From the NCBI GenBank assembly GCA_030704615.1, contig CM060734.1:14694001-14758000 (forward strand): DNA of 64,000 bases, read 5' to 3'. Below the pieces are notes generated by a model. That model had not been told where the DNA came from. It searched no databases and saw only the letters and a program-made list of their open reading frames with translations. The stretch comes from Takakia lepidozioides. Its lineage: Eukaryota; Plantae; Bryophyta. The position numbers and the translations under genes were made by a program. Below, in pieces: positions 62,928 to 64,000 of this stretch (position 1 is its first letter; each line of letters opens with the position of its first letter).

Positions 62928-63560
62928 ATGCCGAGAGCGCCTATAGAGAGAGCGCCTATGGAGGGAATGGCACCTTTCAAGAGGAAGTGGAGAAATAAGG
63001 GTGCGACCCAGGGATATAGGAAGAAGATGAAGGTTCCGCAAGGAGGCCACGTTACAAGACCTTACGATCCTCCACGATTGCGGGACCTACAGCGCCAAAA
63101 CCGGTTGAAGACAAGGAAGTACTTTCCAAGAGGAGAAAGAGCGTCCTAAGAGCACCTTTCAATGACAGCCTCTTTCCTGATGAGAGTGCTGATGAGAGTG
63201 CGCCGATCCGGGGGTTTGGCGTCGCTTGTGTCTCCTGCTACTCCAGCTTTTCTTTCAACTCATGCATTTTCTGCTACACCTCATGATAGGGAGGGCCTTG
63301 TGGAGGAAGTGAAAGATTTCGGGGTTAATGGTTACGGCTCCATGACTGGTCTTATTCACCTTCGAATTAGATGACCTCCCCTTCATGAGACGTTGAAAGG
63401 AATCCTCGACAGCGTGTGGAAGTTCGCCTTGCAGAGCAGGAGAGTCACATAACATACTTGGAGGACGAGAATCTAACCTTGAAAGAGCGCATGTTCATGT
63501 TGCAACAGGAGCTTAATGAGCTGCAAAAAAGAGCAGATGGAGGCGGTGCACAGCGCTCAT
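62928..63560 (+). pseudogene. PRL1-interacting factor A-like (HEXIM-like) pseudogene
   Basis: LQRQNRLKTRKYFP, SFLMR...RRSGGLASLVSPATPA, FGVNGYGSMTGLIHLR, EQESHITYLEDENLTLKERMFMLQQELNEL; stops and frameshifts. Confidence 0.7.
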
Positions 63561-63829
63561 ATTTTCCGAAATGGATTCAAGCCTAACGTTTTGCTGCACA
63601 ACACCCTTGTCAACGTGAGAAAAGACTCACCTTCCTCCCTGGTCGTTTTCAGAGACCACTCTACAATCTCCAGACTGCAAATTACATAAGTTGGGTTAGC
63701 ATCTATGTAAGTCTGGACATGTTCGTTGTTCATCATCGTGTAGAGCCCAATGGAACCCAAGACAACTTGCATGAATGTTGTTGAAAGCTCACTAGCACCC
63801 CTCGGCACCTTGTCAAAATGTTGATGATG

Positions 63830-64000
63830 TCGGATTTCCGAGCACAAACCTCGGAGCAGACCTCGGAGCACGGAGCAGACCTGGCATAAGTTTTTTAAAG
63901 CTCCTTCACGATGGTGGGACAACCGCGGAGTACGGAGCAGACCTGACATGAGTTTCTTAAAGATCCTTCACGATGGAGGGACAACCGCAATCGCAAGGTG
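63830..64000 (+). pseudogene. Further OSB PDF-motif fragments (duplicated), running off the window
   Basis: EQTWHKFFKAPSRWWDNR and EQT*HEFLKDPSRWRDNRNRK. Confidence 0.6.

Overview
Eukaryotic, intron-containing DNA, most likely from a non-seed land plant (PLS-type PPR fragments, bryophyte-style genes); the exact lineage cannot be fixed from this window. There is one apparently intact host gene: an 11-exon MYND-finger ubiquitin-specific protease (UBP15-19 type, minus strand, 15320-23403) that ends in a SEC-C motif. The rest is nested, degenerate mobile DNA and gene fragments. (1) Two copies of a Ty3/Gypsy-like retroelement carry a DNMT3-like C5 cytosine methyltransferase between protease and RT, a PHD finger after a DDE integrase, and split direct repeats (A-ORFs-B-A-B) instead of two equal LTRs. 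(2) There are two Mutator-like (MULE/SWIM) elements. The larger has a second, divergent gene with a ParB/Srx-like domain and a probable amino-methyltransferase-like domain, plus about 35-40 copies of a 26-28 bp palindrome, mostly at about 117 bp spacing. (3) A roughly 29.4 kb inversion (about 26005-55384) can be reconstructed from a split 9-bp TSD and two split LINEs. A nested roughly 3.9 kb inversion between palindromes appears to swap the first exons of the two MULE genes. (4) The right end is a mosaic of PPR, OSB/PDF-motif and PRL1-interacting-factor-A pseudogene fragments. All domain calls are by eye from motifs; no searches were run.
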